Source: Endomicrobiales bacterium
Lineage (GTDB): Bacteria; Elusimicrobiota; Endomicrobiia; Endomicrobiales; JALOBY01
Reading direction: 5' to 3'
Length of the DNA: 64,000 nt
Assembly: GCA_963796955.1 (NCBI GenBank)
Contig: CAWCNJ010000008.1
Location: forward strand, 192,001 to 256,000
In this document: in pieces, positions 19,786 through 30,749 of the stretch
Position numbering within the stretch: position 1 is the stretch's first letter
Layout of the letters: each line of letters opens with the position of its first letter
The notes under the pieces: model-generated
What the model saw: the letters and a program-made list of their open reading frames with translations, nothing else
Told to the model about the DNA's origin: nothing
The model's database searches: none
Position numbers and translations under genes: made by a program

Positions 19786-21001
19786 AAATACAAAAATGTA
19801 TATTCTGCTTTTCCTGCTTGCGCTTACGATCCGAGTGGTATATCTTGTCGGCTTCCACGGTTTGAATAACATCCCTGACTCGGATTCGCCGGAATATCAC
19901 GCCTATGCCGTTAATATCGCCGAGCACGGCACCTATACTGACGGGGTCTGGACGGTTTTTCGCGCACCCGGCTACCCTGCCTTCATGGCCGGTGTCATTA
20001 AATTATTCGGCGATTCTTACGCGAATATCCAATTGGTGCAGACACTACTAAGCGCGTGCATACCACTTCTGGTATTCCGTATCGCGCTTTTGGTCGGTGG
20101 GGGAGAGGCGGCCGCCCTCACCGCGGCGACGATAGCCTGCGCCCAATTCGGACTGGTTAGCGAACCATCGCATATAATCAGCGAGGCTACCTTTACGTTT
20201 CTTTATACCGCCATACTTCTGTTCACCCTTAAATCCCCCGGCTCTACCGTTAATGCGGCTTTGACAGGACTCGCGATAGCCCTTGCCTGGCTGACACGCC
20301 CCGTCGCGTTCACACTGATCCCGTTCATTTCTCTCTGGTTAATACTGAAATGCGGATTCAAGGACGGAGCAAAAAAGATCATCGTCATGACCCTGGTGAT
20401 AGTCGCGGTCATGATGCCGTGGTGGATCAGGAACTACCGGCTGCATCACACATTCATTCCCTCGGCGATGCAAACCGGCTACGTGCTGTATCAGACCAAC
20501 GATCCGCACTATGATATGTCGAAGTACAACTTTATGCCTGAGATACAACGGGACAACGCGTTCAGACGGGATGCGCTACTTTACGTAAAAAGTCATCCTG
20601 TGTGGGATCATATAAAAATGAAGTTCAAGGGTGTTCTCTATTTCTTTTACCCGTTCCTGCCGGCGTACGATATATTCTATATGCTGCTGGTTCCCTTTTG
20701 TCTGATAGGCCTTTATTTCGCCTTAACCAGGAAGGCCATCGATCAGTGGATCCTTTTAACGATGTTCATGTACCTGCCGGTCATATTCGTCTTTAACGAC
20801 GCGACCCGCTACCGCCATTCCATGATGCCTGCCTACATAATTATTTCGGTCATAGGCTTGTTTGAATGGCGCTCGATGTTCGCAATTCGAAAATGGCAGG
20901 GTTATGTTTTCGGCGGCTGGATAAGCCTTAATATCCTGATCCTGGCTTGTGCTCCGTTACTCAGGACTCAGCTGAAATTATTATTCAAGGCGGGGTTATA
21001 A
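19772..21001 (+). CDS. GT-C fold glycosyltransferase (PMT_2-like)
   Basis: DS.EY..YA.NI, RAPGYP.F.A, SE..FTFL, LTRP, PWWIRNY, RYR motifs. Confidence 0.82.
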   Translation: MPTTRNTKMYILLFLLALTIRVVYLVGFHGLNNIPDSDSPEYHAYAVNIAEHGTYTDGVWTVFRAPGYPAFMAGVIKLFGDSYANIQLVQTLLSACIPLLVFRIALLVGGGEAAALTAATIACAQFGLVSEPSHIISEATFTFLYTAILLFTLKSPGSTVNAALTGLAIALAWLTRPVAFTLIPFISLWLILKCGFKDGAKKIIVMTLVIVAVMMPWWIRNYRLHHTFIPSAMQTGYVLYQTNDPHYDMSKYNFMPEIQRDNAFRRDALLYVKSHPVWDHIKMKFKGVLYFFYPFLPAYDIFYMLLVPFCLIGLYFALTRKAIDQWILLTMFMYLPVIFVFNDATRYRHSMMPAYIIISVIGLFEWRSMFAIRKWQGYVFGGWISLNILILACAPLLRTQLKLLFKAGL

Positions 21002-21729
21002 TGTGGCAAGATAAAAAGGTTTCCGTTGTTTTTCCGACCTATAACGAAAAAGATTCTATCCGTGCGGCCATAACCGACTTTCTTTCGTTCGGCTTTGTCG
21101 ACGAAGTGGTGGTGGTCAATAATAACGCGGCGGCTGGCACTGACGATGAAGTAAAAAAAACACCCGCGAGAATAGTCTACGAGCCGCGTCAGGGCTTCGG
21201 CTCCGCCATACAAAAAGGCCTTCGAGAGGCGACAGGCGACATTATCATTATCAGCGAGCCTGACGGCACCTTCTCAGGTAAAGATGTGATCAAGCTGCTT
21301 GCCTATGCCGATGATTTCGACATCGTGCTTGGCACACGGACTACCAAAGAGCTTATCTGGGCGGGCGCGTACATGAACTGGCCGCTGCGCATGGGCAACG
21401 TGCTGGTTGCAAAAATGCTTGAATTCCTCTTCAACACCACACAAATGTCCGACGTCGGCTGCACGATGCGCCTTATCCGCAGGGACGCCGTCGAGCGATT
21501 GCTTCCCAAGTTCAAGGTGACACTGTCGTGCTTTAACCCCGAAATGGTGATGCTGGCCAGGCTCAATGGATTCTCTTTTATAGAGATACCTGTCAATTAC
21601 AGGAAAAGAATAGGCAAATCCATGGGAACAAAGAATATTTTCAACGCTATTTTGCTTGGTCTTCAGATGATAGCGCTTATCCTTCGTGTCAGAATATTCT
21701 CACTTTTTAAAATGGATGGTTCTTATTGA
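21001..21729 (+). CDS. Glycosyltransferase family 2 (polyprenol-phosphate sugar synthase-like)
   Basis: VVFPTYNE, GFGSAI..G, EPDGT, EIPVNYRKRIGKS. Confidence 0.88.
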   Translation: MWQDKKVSVVFPTYNEKDSIRAAITDFLSFGFVDEVVVVNNNAAAGTDDEVKKTPARIVYEPRQGFGSAIQKGLREATGDIIIISEPDGTFSGKDVIKLLAYADDFDIVLGTRTTKELIWAGAYMNWPLRMGNVLVAKMLEFLFNTTQMSDVGCTMRLIRRDAVERLLPKFKVTLSCFNPEMVMLARLNGFSFIEIPVNYRKRIGKSMGTKNIFNAILLGLQMIALILRVRIFSLFKMDGSY

Positions 21730-21766
21730 TGCAGAGACAGGCCACCTACGGAAAGGACAGTAAGCA

Positions 21767-23685
21767 ATGTGCGGTATAGCCGGCATTTACCACTACGGCT
21801 CGTCTGCCCCTGTTGAGAAACAACAGCTTCAGCGTATGTGCGATCAGATGATCCACCGGGGGCCGGACGACGAAGGCTGTTTTGTAACTGAAGACAGGCG
21901 CGCCGGTATCGCTATGCGCCGGCTTTCAATTATCGACGTTGCGGGCGGTCACCAGCCGATCTTTAATGAAGACGAGACTATCGGCGTGGTGCTTAACGGC
22001 GAAATATATAATTTTCAGGAACTGCGCTCGCTGCTTAAGGAACGGCACACATTCTCCACCGACCACTCCGACACAGAAGTTATCGTTCATCTGTACGAGG
22101 AATACGGCGAGCGTTGTGTAGACCATTTGCGCGGCATGTTCGCCTTTGCGGTGCTGGACAAACGTAAAAACATGATATTCCTTGCCAAAGACCGTGTGGG
22201 GAAGAAACCGCTCTACTATACTCAGTACAACGGCGCCTTCATATTCGGTTCAGAAATAAAGTGCCTGCTGCAGTATCTGCCGTTCACGCCGGAGGTACGG
22301 CGCGACGCGATAGATCTCTTTCTGACCTACCAATACATACCCTCTCCCGTCACGATCTTCAAGGATATTTATTCTATGATGCCCGCGCAGACCGTCACCT
22401 GCGCGAAAGACGGCAGCCTGAGCGCGCATATCTACTGGGACCTTTCGTTCAAAGAAAAAACCGCTCTGTCGTTCAAAGATGCCTGCGTCCAAACGAAACA
22501 ACTGCTTGACGAAGCGACCCGCCTGCGCATGATATCCGATGTTCCGCTGGGCGCATTTCTGTCCGGTGGTCACGACTCAAGCATTATCGTGGGGCTCATG
22601 AGCCGCCATTCAGCCAAGCCAGTGAAGACCTTCTGTATCGGTTTTGAAGAGGAAGAGTTCTCTGAGCTGCGCTACGCAAGGATAGTGGCGAAGCATTACG
22701 GTACGGATCACCGGGAATTCATATTGAAGTCTAATTTCATCGACATTATCCCGAAGCTCGCGTGGCACTACGGCCAGCCGTTCGCGGATTCTTCAGCGCT
22801 TCCTTCCTACCTCGTATCTCACGAAACAAGAAAACATGTCACGGTCGCCTTGAACGGCGACGGGGGGACGAATCCTTCGGCGGTTATCTACGCTATAAAG
22901 CGATGAAAGGGTCGCTCTATTTCGGCTGGCCCTTCCGACTGATAGGAAGCAGGCTAACGGGCGCGCTGGCAAACCTGATACCCCATACTGAGACGATGGG
23001 CGGGAAAAATAAATTCCGTTACATGCACCGCCTTGTCTCAACCCTCAGCGAACCGCCGGTAGAGCGGAATATCAACTGGCACGCGGTCTTTCCGACCAAG
23101 ATGCGGGCATCCCTCTATTCCGACGATATGAAACGAAGCCTGGTAAAAGACAGCTACGATTACCTGAGAGACATCTTCCGGAACGCTCCGGCAGACACCA
23201 TTATGGACCGTACCTTTTATACGGACATCAAGGCCTACCTGCCTGAATGCCTGCTGGTCAAGATGGATATAGCCTCGATGGCGAATTCACTGGAAGCCCG
23301 TAGCCCCTTTCTTGACCATAAGGTCATGGAATTCGCCGCCTCCCTGCCGGATAATTGGAAAGTGCACGGGCTCACGACAAAGTACATACTGAAACAGACG
23401 TTCAACAAGGACCTGCCCAAAGAGATCGTCAACCGCAGCAAAATGGGTTTCGGCATACCCCTGGGGAAGTGGTTCCGCACCGACTGGCAGCGGTATTTCA
23501 GGGAGACGGTGTTGTCGGAGAAAGCGCTCTCGCGGGGATATTTTGACCGTAACGCCCTTAAGCAGCTTTGCGAAGACCACTTCGAGGGAAGGCGCGACAA
23601 CGGGTACCGCATGTGGGCGTTGCTCATGCTTGAATTATGGCATCAACAATTTATAGATCAAAACACCGGGAGCTCTCATGCTTGA
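21767..23685 (+). pseudogene. asnB: Asparagine synthase (glutamine-hydrolysing)-family amidotransferase, split by one frameshift near 22865 (possibly a sequencing error)
   Basis: MCGIAG, HRGPD, RLSIID, LSGGHDSS; the conserved GDGGDE motif is broken at a G6 run (22862-22867) and continues in ORF 22762..23685 (SLEARSPFLD, KMGFGIP). Confidence 0.88.
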
Positions 23686-25086
23686 CCTGCTGCTGATAAA
23701 CATCGATTATTACGAAGACATTTTCAAAAATTCCAGGGTCCGTTCCGCTATTTCCAGCGGCGCGACGCCCCTGGGGTTGGCATGCCTTGCGGGCGCGGCG
23801 CGCGCGAAAGGCTTTTCTGTAGTGATACTTGACCTGAACACCGAGATCAACCCCGAACAGGCTCTTACAGCAATACTGACACAACAAACACCGCGCTTTG
23901 CCGGCATTACCTCGACAACGCCTCTGATCATCAGAGCTTACGCTATCGCGAAGAAGATCAAAGAGATATCTCCGTTAACGAAAGTCCTTGCGGGAGGCCC
24001 GCACCCGACAGCCCTGCCCGAAGAAGTCCTTAGGGAAAGCGTCATTGACGGTGTGGTCTCGCGGCGAGGGGGATGCGGTTTTGCCCATGATCCTGGCGGA
24101 GGGTCTGCAACCGTCCGTCCCGAATTTATATTTCAAGCAACCTTCCGGGAACATTTATAAACCGGAGAATATCTGCGAGACCATTCCCGACGTGAATGTC
24201 CTTCCCGTGCCTGCCTATGATCTTTTTGATATACGGCGCTATTCCCAGCCCAGGATATCCAGCCGCAAGGCGCCGGTGGCGTATCTTGAAACCTCCCGCG
24301 GCTGTTTTGGGCGCTGCATCTTCTGTAACAAAAACATCCACGGGTATGTTATGCGCATGAAAACGCCCGAACGCGTTATCAGCGAGTTTGAATACGTACT
24401 TTCGCTGGGTTTCAGGGAAGTACATATCATTGACGACATTTTCACGGCGGACCTGAAACGGGCGCAGCGCATCTGCGAACTGATTATAGAAAAGGGTCTC
24501 TCTCTTCCCTGGTATCCCAGGGGGCGGCATCCGCGTTGACCGGGTCACGCCTGAACTGCTGGCCATCATGAAGCGGGCGGGTTGCTACCGCATTCCCTTC
24601 GGGATCGAATCGGGCAGCCCGGCGGTGCTGAAGCGGATACAGAAAGGCATTACGATAGAACAGGCGCGCAAGGCGGTGCGGATGGCCAGGGAGGCGGGCC
24701 TTGAGACCGAATCCTACTTCATGATCGGTCTGCCGGGGGAGACCGAGGAAGACCTGAAACTTTCAACGCAAGCTGCCATAGATATCGACGCTGATTACGC
24801 GAAGTTTGCCATAACGGTCCCGCTGCCCGGCACCCAGATGTTCACGCAAATGGAAGCGAACGGCCAGATCCTGACCAGGGACTGGACCAAGTACAATTTT
24901 TCAACTAACCCCAGGGAGCTGTATAACCACGACAACCTTTCATGGGAAGCCATAGGCACATACGAAACCAAAATGTACCGGGCCTTTTATTTCAGGCCGT
25001 CGTACGTCCTGAGAACACTGTTGCGGACCATACGTAACGGAACGTTGTTCGCGCATATTAAGGCATTCTTTTCAACAAGGTGGTAA
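23678..25086 (+). pseudogene. B12-binding radical SAM enzyme, split by two frameshifts (~24058, ~24522; possibly sequencing errors)
   Basis: PLGLA.LA, GGPHPT, RGEGD, TSRGCFGRCIFC, DDIF, FGIESGS, FMIGLPGET motifs spread across ORFs 23678, 23988 and 24568. Confidence 0.85.
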
Positions 25087-25088
25087 CA

Positions 25089-25946
25089 ATGATCAGCGTG
25101 ATCGTACCGGTTTACAACGAGGAAAAAGCCATTGCCGCATCGCTGGATAAGCTGCGCAAGGCGCTGGATTCATTCGCTCCCGGCAGTGAGATAATCGTCG
25201 TGGATGACGGTTCTACCGATAATTCCCTTACCATGGTCCGCGGCCTTACCATACCCGCGATGTCGGTAATAGAACATCCGGAAAACATCGGTTACGGTAA
25301 ATCCCTGCTGGACGGTATCCTCACAGCCAAAAATGAATGTATCGCCATCATTGACGCGGACGGCTCTTACCCCGCCGAGGCGCTTAAAAATTTATTTTCT
25401 TTCTACCCCCGTTTCGACATGATCGTGGGTGCCCGTCAGGGTTTTGAGTACCGTAAAGGCTTTTTCAAACGGCCGGCGAGACTGATGTTCAAGTCTCTGG
25501 CCAAATACGCGACCGGTCGCAATATCCCGGATGTCAACTCCGGTCTGCGGATTTTCAAAAAGAGCCTCGTGCTTGAGAACAGAAAAATGCTGTGCACCGG
25601 TTTTTCATTTACGACCACGATCACTCTTTTGTTCATGCTGAACAATCACTATGTGAAATATGTTCCCGTTGAATACCACAAGCGGGAAGGAAAATCCAAA
25701 GTAAACCATTTCCGCGACACCCTGCGCGCGGGCCAGATCATCGTGCAGACGATCGCGAACTTCAACGCGATAAAGCTGTTCCTTCTGCTTGCCAACATTT
25801 CGGCCTGTTGCGGTATCATCGCGGAAACCTTGAACGTGCTATTCTTACATTCTTACTTCGTCACCGTGTTCTCTGCTTTTATGCTGGCCGCCTACATTCC
25901 GATCTTTGCGCTGGGTCTAACAACGGATGCGATCACTAAGCGTTAG
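25089..25946 (+). CDS. Glycosyltransferase family 2 with C-terminal TM helices
   Basis: VIVPVYNEE, VDDGSTD, DADGSY, DVNSGLR, REGKSK. Confidence 0.9.
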   Translation: MISVIVPVYNEEKAIAASLDKLRKALDSFAPGSEIIVVDDGSTDNSLTMVRGLTIPAMSVIEHPENIGYGKSLLDGILTAKNECIAIIDADGSYPAEALKNLFSFYPRFDMIVGARQGFEYRKGFFKRPARLMFKSLAKYATGRNIPDVNSGLRIFKKSLVLENRKMLCTGFSFTTTITLLFMLNNHYVKYVPVEYHKREGKSKVNHFRDTLRAGQIIVQTIANFNAIKLFLLLANISACCGIIAETLNVLFLHSYFVTVFSAFMLAAYIPIFALGLTTDAITKR

Positions 25947-25966
25947 CCTACAAGGATAAAAGTAAT

Positions 25967-27589
25967 ATGAAAAATCTTTCCAGACCGGCACTGTACTCGC
26001 TGTTAGCGATACTGATCCTCGGCATTGCCATACGGGTGTGGGGCATCAACTTCGGCCTTCCCACGACCACGGGAACTCTTACCACCTATCATCCCGACGA
26101 ATCAGTGCATATGTACTCTTTCGAGAGAATGCACCCGGCGCAGTGGGATTTTTACCCCGGCGAAACTCTCAATTGGGGCTCATTTCACTTCTACCTGCAA
26201 GGCGCTCTTTCCGAGGCGGCAAAACTGGCCGGATTCGTCCATTTAGGGAATCGCGTTTATCTATTAAGCCATCTGTCCGACGCCGATAAACTGTATTTGA
26301 TCGGCAGGGGAATATCGGTCGTTTTCGGGACCGGTGCGATAGTGATGATGTTCCTGCTGGCGCTGGAATTTACAGACACCGCCACCGCCCTGATCGCCGC
26401 TTTCATCTGGGCCTTTGCACCGACACCGGTCGTGTCCTCATTGTATGCCAAACCTGACGGGGTTATGTCGTTTTGGCTTGTTACGACGCTTTATTTTGCC
26501 GCCCGCCTCTACCGCACCGGTAGCTGGAGAGATTACCTGTTCGCCGGGGCGGCAATTGGCGTGACCGCCGCCTCAAAATACAACGGCTCCGTCGCCGGCG
26601 CCTTTGTCGTGCTGGCCTGGGCGGCGCGCGCACTTGATGAGCATACCATTACCGATGATCTGAAAAAATTAGCCGCCTGCCTTGCCCTGGTGCCCGTTGT
26701 TTTCATTATTATCAACCCGTACGTACTGATACGCTTCAGCGATTTTTATACTATTGCATCTTTAACGATATCGATCAAATCCAGGATAACTCAAAATTAT
26801 TTTACCGGGCTCAACGACTATGTGATATTCAATCTTCCCATATCACTGAGCGCCCCCATCGTGCTGTTAGCGATTTCGAGTATGGTCTTCACCTTTTTAC
26901 AGAAACCTTCCCGGCTTGAAGCCGCGGCGATCATATTTACCGTCGCTTACATCGCCAGATTTGGTCCTCCCTCGGAGCAATGCAGCGCCTACACCTTACC
27001 CGTTGTTCCGTTCTTCGTCCTTTTCGCCGCCACCGGTATACAGTTCCTGCGGCGAACCCGTATCGGGGCGGCCATCGCCGCATTGACGGTCGTTTATCTG
27101 GTCTCATACAGTTTCTCGTATAAGACCCTGTTTCAGCGGCCGGACACCCGTGAACAGGCAAGCGCCTGGATAGCGCAGCACATAGCTCCCGGCTCGACTA
27201 TCGGCATGTCAAAAAGCGATTCATGGACGCCTCCTATCATTAAATCCCCTGATTCTTCCTATACCGTCATAACAGGCAGCTCGCCGCAGTCTGCGCTGCC
27301 GACGGCAATACTCAACCTAAATGACAAATTGCCGAAATGCGAATATGTCGTTGTTGCCGACAATGAATACTCTTTTTGTTTAAGCCATCCCAAAGAATAC
27401 ATAGAGCAGTTGTCGGTCTTTAAAACGATCTTCGGTCCGCAATGGAAAGAGGTCGCGCATTTTGAAAAAGAAATAAATTTTTTCGGTATCCCGTTTTACA
27501 ACAAGTACGCGACGGCCGATTGGCTGTTCCCAAATCCGAAGATATTCATTATGCAGCGCGCGGGGAGTACGCCTGAACATGAAAAATAG
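25967..27589 (+). CDS. GT-C fold glycosyltransferase (ArnT/PMT_2-like)
   Basis: R.WGINFGLP...YHPDE, KPD, SKYNG, INPY, DTR..A..WI motifs. Confidence 0.82.
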   Translation: MKNLSRPALYSLLAILILGIAIRVWGINFGLPTTTGTLTTYHPDESVHMYSFERMHPAQWDFYPGETLNWGSFHFYLQGALSEAAKLAGFVHLGNRVYLLSHLSDADKLYLIGRGISVVFGTGAIVMMFLLALEFTDTATALIAAFIWAFAPTPVVSSLYAKPDGVMSFWLVTTLYFAARLYRTGSWRDYLFAGAAIGVTAASKYNGSVAGAFVVLAWAARALDEHTITDDLKKLAACLALVPVVFIIINPYVLIRFSDFYTIASLTISIKSRITQNYFTGLNDYVIFNLPISLSAPIVLLAISSMVFTFLQKPSRLEAAAIIFTVAYIARFGPPSEQCSAYTLPVVPFFVLFAATGIQFLRRTRIGAAIAALTVVYLVSYSFSYKTLFQRPDTREQASAWIAQHIAPGSTIGMSKSDSWTPPIIKSPDSSYTVITGSSPQSALPTAILNLNDKLPKCEYVVVADNEYSFCLSHPKEYIEQLSVFKTIFGPQWKEVAHFEKEINFFGIPFYNKYATADWLFPNPKIFIMQRAGSTPEHEK

Positions 27590-28775
27590 ACGGTACATTA
27601 TAGCCGGTATTTTCGTGCTCGCCCTGTTTCTCAGGATCGGGCTTTTGTTCGTGTATCACGGAGGCGGCGTCGCCGAGCAGCAGGACGCCCGGGATTACAC
27701 CGCCATCGCGCATAACCTTATTGAGGGGAACGGTTTTACCGGCCTGAACGGAGAACCGACACAGATCAGGCCGCCCGGCTATCCCGTGTTTCTTGCCGCA
27801 GTCTACTCCGCGTTCGGCGAAAGCACAACCGCCGTTAAGATCGTTCAAGACATTCTTTCTGCGCTTACTGTTCTTCTGATCTTACTGCTGACCATTCGTC
27901 TCTTCGGCCCCGGGATAGGCGTTTTAGCCGGAGTACTTATAGCCTGTTATCCTCCGTTCATCATTTACAGCAACATTGCGCTGAGCGAAACGTTGTTTAC
28001 ATTCCTGCTGGCCGCTTTCGCGCTGCAGCTGCAAAAAGCTTACACCGGATCTACAATAAAAGCATGGGTACTACTTGGTATTATACAGGGACTACAAACC
28101 CTGGTAAGGCCCACGACATTGCTTTTGCCGGCAGCGGTTTTTTTGCTCATAGCGCTTGTTGAGAACAAAAAACGTTTTCTCAAAGGGTTTTTGATATTTT
28201 TCATCATAAGTTATTCGATCGTTTCCATCTGGACGGTGCGGAACTGGCGTGAATTTCACTCCTTTATACCGGTAAGCGCGACAGGGGGATATGGGCTGTG
28301 GTTCTCAACCCTTGACAACGCGCTGATCGGAGAAAAGGTGGCAGAACCTGATTTTCTGGCACAGTACCCACAGCTGAACGGACTTGCGCGCTATCGGCAG
28401 GATGCCTTCTTAAAAGAGCGGGCTAAAGAATACATACACTCGCACAAGCGGGAGTTCGCGCGAAAAATGGCGCGCAACCTTATGTTCCTGTTCACACAAC
28501 CCGTCGGAAAAGTAGTTATGGCCAGATCCCATCCGTTCATCGCCGGGGTGCTGCAAGCTGCCCAGTACATTTTTCTGGCGGGTTGCTGTCTGGGCATAAT
28601 TATATCGATACGATCATACGCGGCGACCATGGTTCCATTGCTGCTCCTAGTGTATATGACCGTTCTGCATTGCGTCGTTATACCCCTGCCGAGGTATCGT
28701 TTGCCATTCGAACCGTTCATGTTGCTTTTTGTGGCGGTAGGCATCAACTATTTTTACAAGAAAGGGGTGCTATGA
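27579..28775 (+). CDS. GT-C fold glycosyltransferase (PMT_2-like), paralog of 19772-21001
   Basis: DARDY..IA.NL..G.G, RPPGYP.FLA, SETLFTFL, LVRP, WTVRN, PRYRLP. Confidence 0.82.
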   Translation: MKNRRYIIAGIFVLALFLRIGLLFVYHGGGVAEQQDARDYTAIAHNLIEGNGFTGLNGEPTQIRPPGYPVFLAAVYSAFGESTTAVKIVQDILSALTVLLILLLTIRLFGPGIGVLAGVLIACYPPFIIYSNIALSETLFTFLLAAFALQLQKAYTGSTIKAWVLLGIIQGLQTLVRPTTLLLPAAVFLLIALVENKKRFLKGFLIFFIISYSIVSIWTVRNWREFHSFIPVSATGGYGLWFSTLDNALIGEKVAEPDFLAQYPQLNGLARYRQDAFLKERAKEYIHSHKREFARKMARNLMFLFTQPVGKVVMARSHPFIAGVLQAAQYIFLAGCCLGIIISIRSYAATMVPLLLLVYMTVLHCVVIPLPRYRLPFEPFMLLFVAVGINYFYKKGVL

Positions 28776-29549
28776 CCAACAACTGGCGCTGGCAGTGGGA
28801 CAGGTTTTTTGACGATGCCGGTTTCGTCGATCAGGACCTGGCATTGTTCAAGCAATGGATCTACCCGAACACGATGGAAACATTCCGCGGGAAAACCGTG
28901 CTCGACTGCGGCTGCGGGCGGGGACAGCACATGGCATTTGTCGCCGTTCGCGCAACATGTCACAGGGCTGGACCTTAACACCGCTTCCGTGGCGAAGCGT
29001 TACATAACCAACCCTAACGTAGACACGATCGAAGGCGATCTCTCGACGATCACCCTGCCGCACCGATACGACATTGTTCACGCGATCGGCGTCCTGCAGC
29101 ATACCGACGATCCACCCAGGTCGTTCAATAATATAAAAAAACTGCTTAACCCCGGAGGGAGGCTCATCATATGGGTCTATTCCTACGAGGGCAATTTTTT
29201 AAACCGTATCCTTCTGGAACCGCTGAACCGGTACGTTGTCAGACACATTAACCGAAACATCCTGCTGGCGCTCGCGTGGTTAATGACCATTTTAATGTAT
29301 CTGCCGATCTTTACCATCTACCTGCTGCCGCTGCGCTTCCTTCCGTTCTACGACTATTTCAATAACTTCAGACATCTGACGCTGAAGCGGAATGTCCTGA
29401 ACGTTTTCGACAAACTTAACGCACCGCAAACTCATTTTATAAAACACGGCACAGTTGAACAGTGGTTCGATCCCGCAGAATTCACTGATACACATATAAG
29501 CTCCTACGTCGGCGTCAGCTGGCGCGCTTCCGGCACCTACAAGGGATAA
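28772..29549 (+). pseudogene. Class I SAM-dependent methyltransferase with one frameshift near 28940 (possibly a sequencing error)
   Basis: ATG 28772 after AAGGGG; VLDCGCGRG in one frame, GLDL...IGVLQHT.DP...LNPGGRL in the next. Confidence 0.82.
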
Positions 29550-29552
29550 CCA

Positions 29553-30749
29553 ATGAAGATCAGTCAGATGAAGTTCCTTGATAAATACGCGGGCTACTTC
29601 GCATTGCGTATTATGACCGTTATGGGCAGGGTGCTCTTGCCGCGTGCCGCGAAAGAAAACGACCCGAAAACGTTTAAAAAAATATTGCTCATAAAATTTT
29701 GGGGTATGGGCAGCATACTGCTTTTGTCGCCAACGGTCAAGGAAATACGCAGACAGCTGCCGGCATCCAGATTGATCATGCTTTCGACGTCAAGGAACAG
29801 GGAAATATGCGAGTCGATCGGATTATTCGATGAGATACTGCTGCTTGAAGTCGATAAGGGATGGTTCACGTTCGCGAGAAGCCTCGGTGCTATCATTTAC
29901 AAACTCGCCCTGGCCCGGTATGACATGGTCATAGACTTTGAGTTCTTTACCCGGTTTTCGGCAATGATAACGTTCTTCACCTTCGCACGGCTGCGCATTG
30001 GTTACCACGCCTGGGAATCGTGGCGGGGGGATATTCACAATATTAAAGTGCCTTTCAACCGGTACTGGCACGTTATGGATAATTTTTTCAATCTGACGAA
30101 TTATTTCCTGCAGCCGGTCACCGCTGAATTGAGCATGGCAAAACCTTTTATTCCAGATTCGGACAAGGCGTATGTAGATTCCCTCCTGGCTGACCGTAAA
30201 ATAACGGACAAGATCATTTCGTTACATGTTAATGCCAGCGACCTGGTGATAGAACGCCGCTGGCCGTACGAGAATTTTATTTCTCTCAGTAAACGACTCT
30301 TGGACAGGTATCCTGATATTTCTCTTGCTTTTATCGGTTCAGAACCTGAAAAGGGATCTGTCAGCAAAATTATTTCAGCGATCGATAACGAACGGGCGGT
30401 AGATCTGGTCCCAAAACTTTCACTCAGGCAGCTTGCGTATCTTTTACAAAGATCGATCCTGGTGATAGCCAACGACAGCGGACCACTGCACCTGGCTGAA
30501 GCGATGGGAACGCCGACAGTCTCTTTTTTCGGTCCAGAAACACCTGTTATGTACGGGCCGAAAGGGACCGCTAATACCGTGCTTTTCCATAACATTGATT
30601 GCAGTCCCTGTATAAACGTTCATGACCGTAAGTCTGTGCACTGCAGATTTGAAAAACCGCGCTGCATAACCATGATCGGTATCGAGGAAGCCTTGAACGC
30701 GGTGCAACACAGGCTTTCCTCGGCGCTGAAAAGCGGTACGCCGTCATGA
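29553..30749 (+). CDS. Glycosyltransferase family 9 (heptosyltransferase-like)
   Basis: ILLIK.WGMGS, RRWP, NDSGPLHLA.A.GTPTVSFFGP, CSPC. Confidence 0.9.
   Translation: MKISQMKFLDKYAGYFALRIMTVMGRVLLPRAAKENDPKTFKKILLIKFWGMGSILLLSPTVKEIRRQLPASRLIMLSTSRNREICESIGLFDEILLLEVDKGWFTFARSLGAIIYKLALARYDMVIDFEFFTRFSAMITFFTFARLRIGYHAWESWRGDIHNIKVPFNRYWHVMDNFFNLTNYFLQPVTAELSMAKPFIPDSDKAYVDSLLADRKITDKIISLHVNASDLVIERRWPYENFISLSKRLLDRYPDISLAFIGSEPEKGSVSKIISAIDNERAVDLVPKLSLRQLAYLLQRSILVIANDSGPLHLAEAMGTPTVSFFGPETPVMYGPKGTANTVLFHNIDCSPCINVHDRKSVHCRFEKPRCITMIGIEEALNAVQHRLSSALKSGTPS

Noticed and set aside
29553..30749. Classical LPS core (waa) operon
   Set aside because: Only a lone GT9; no Kdo transferase, ADP-heptose synthesis or lipid A genes in the window.
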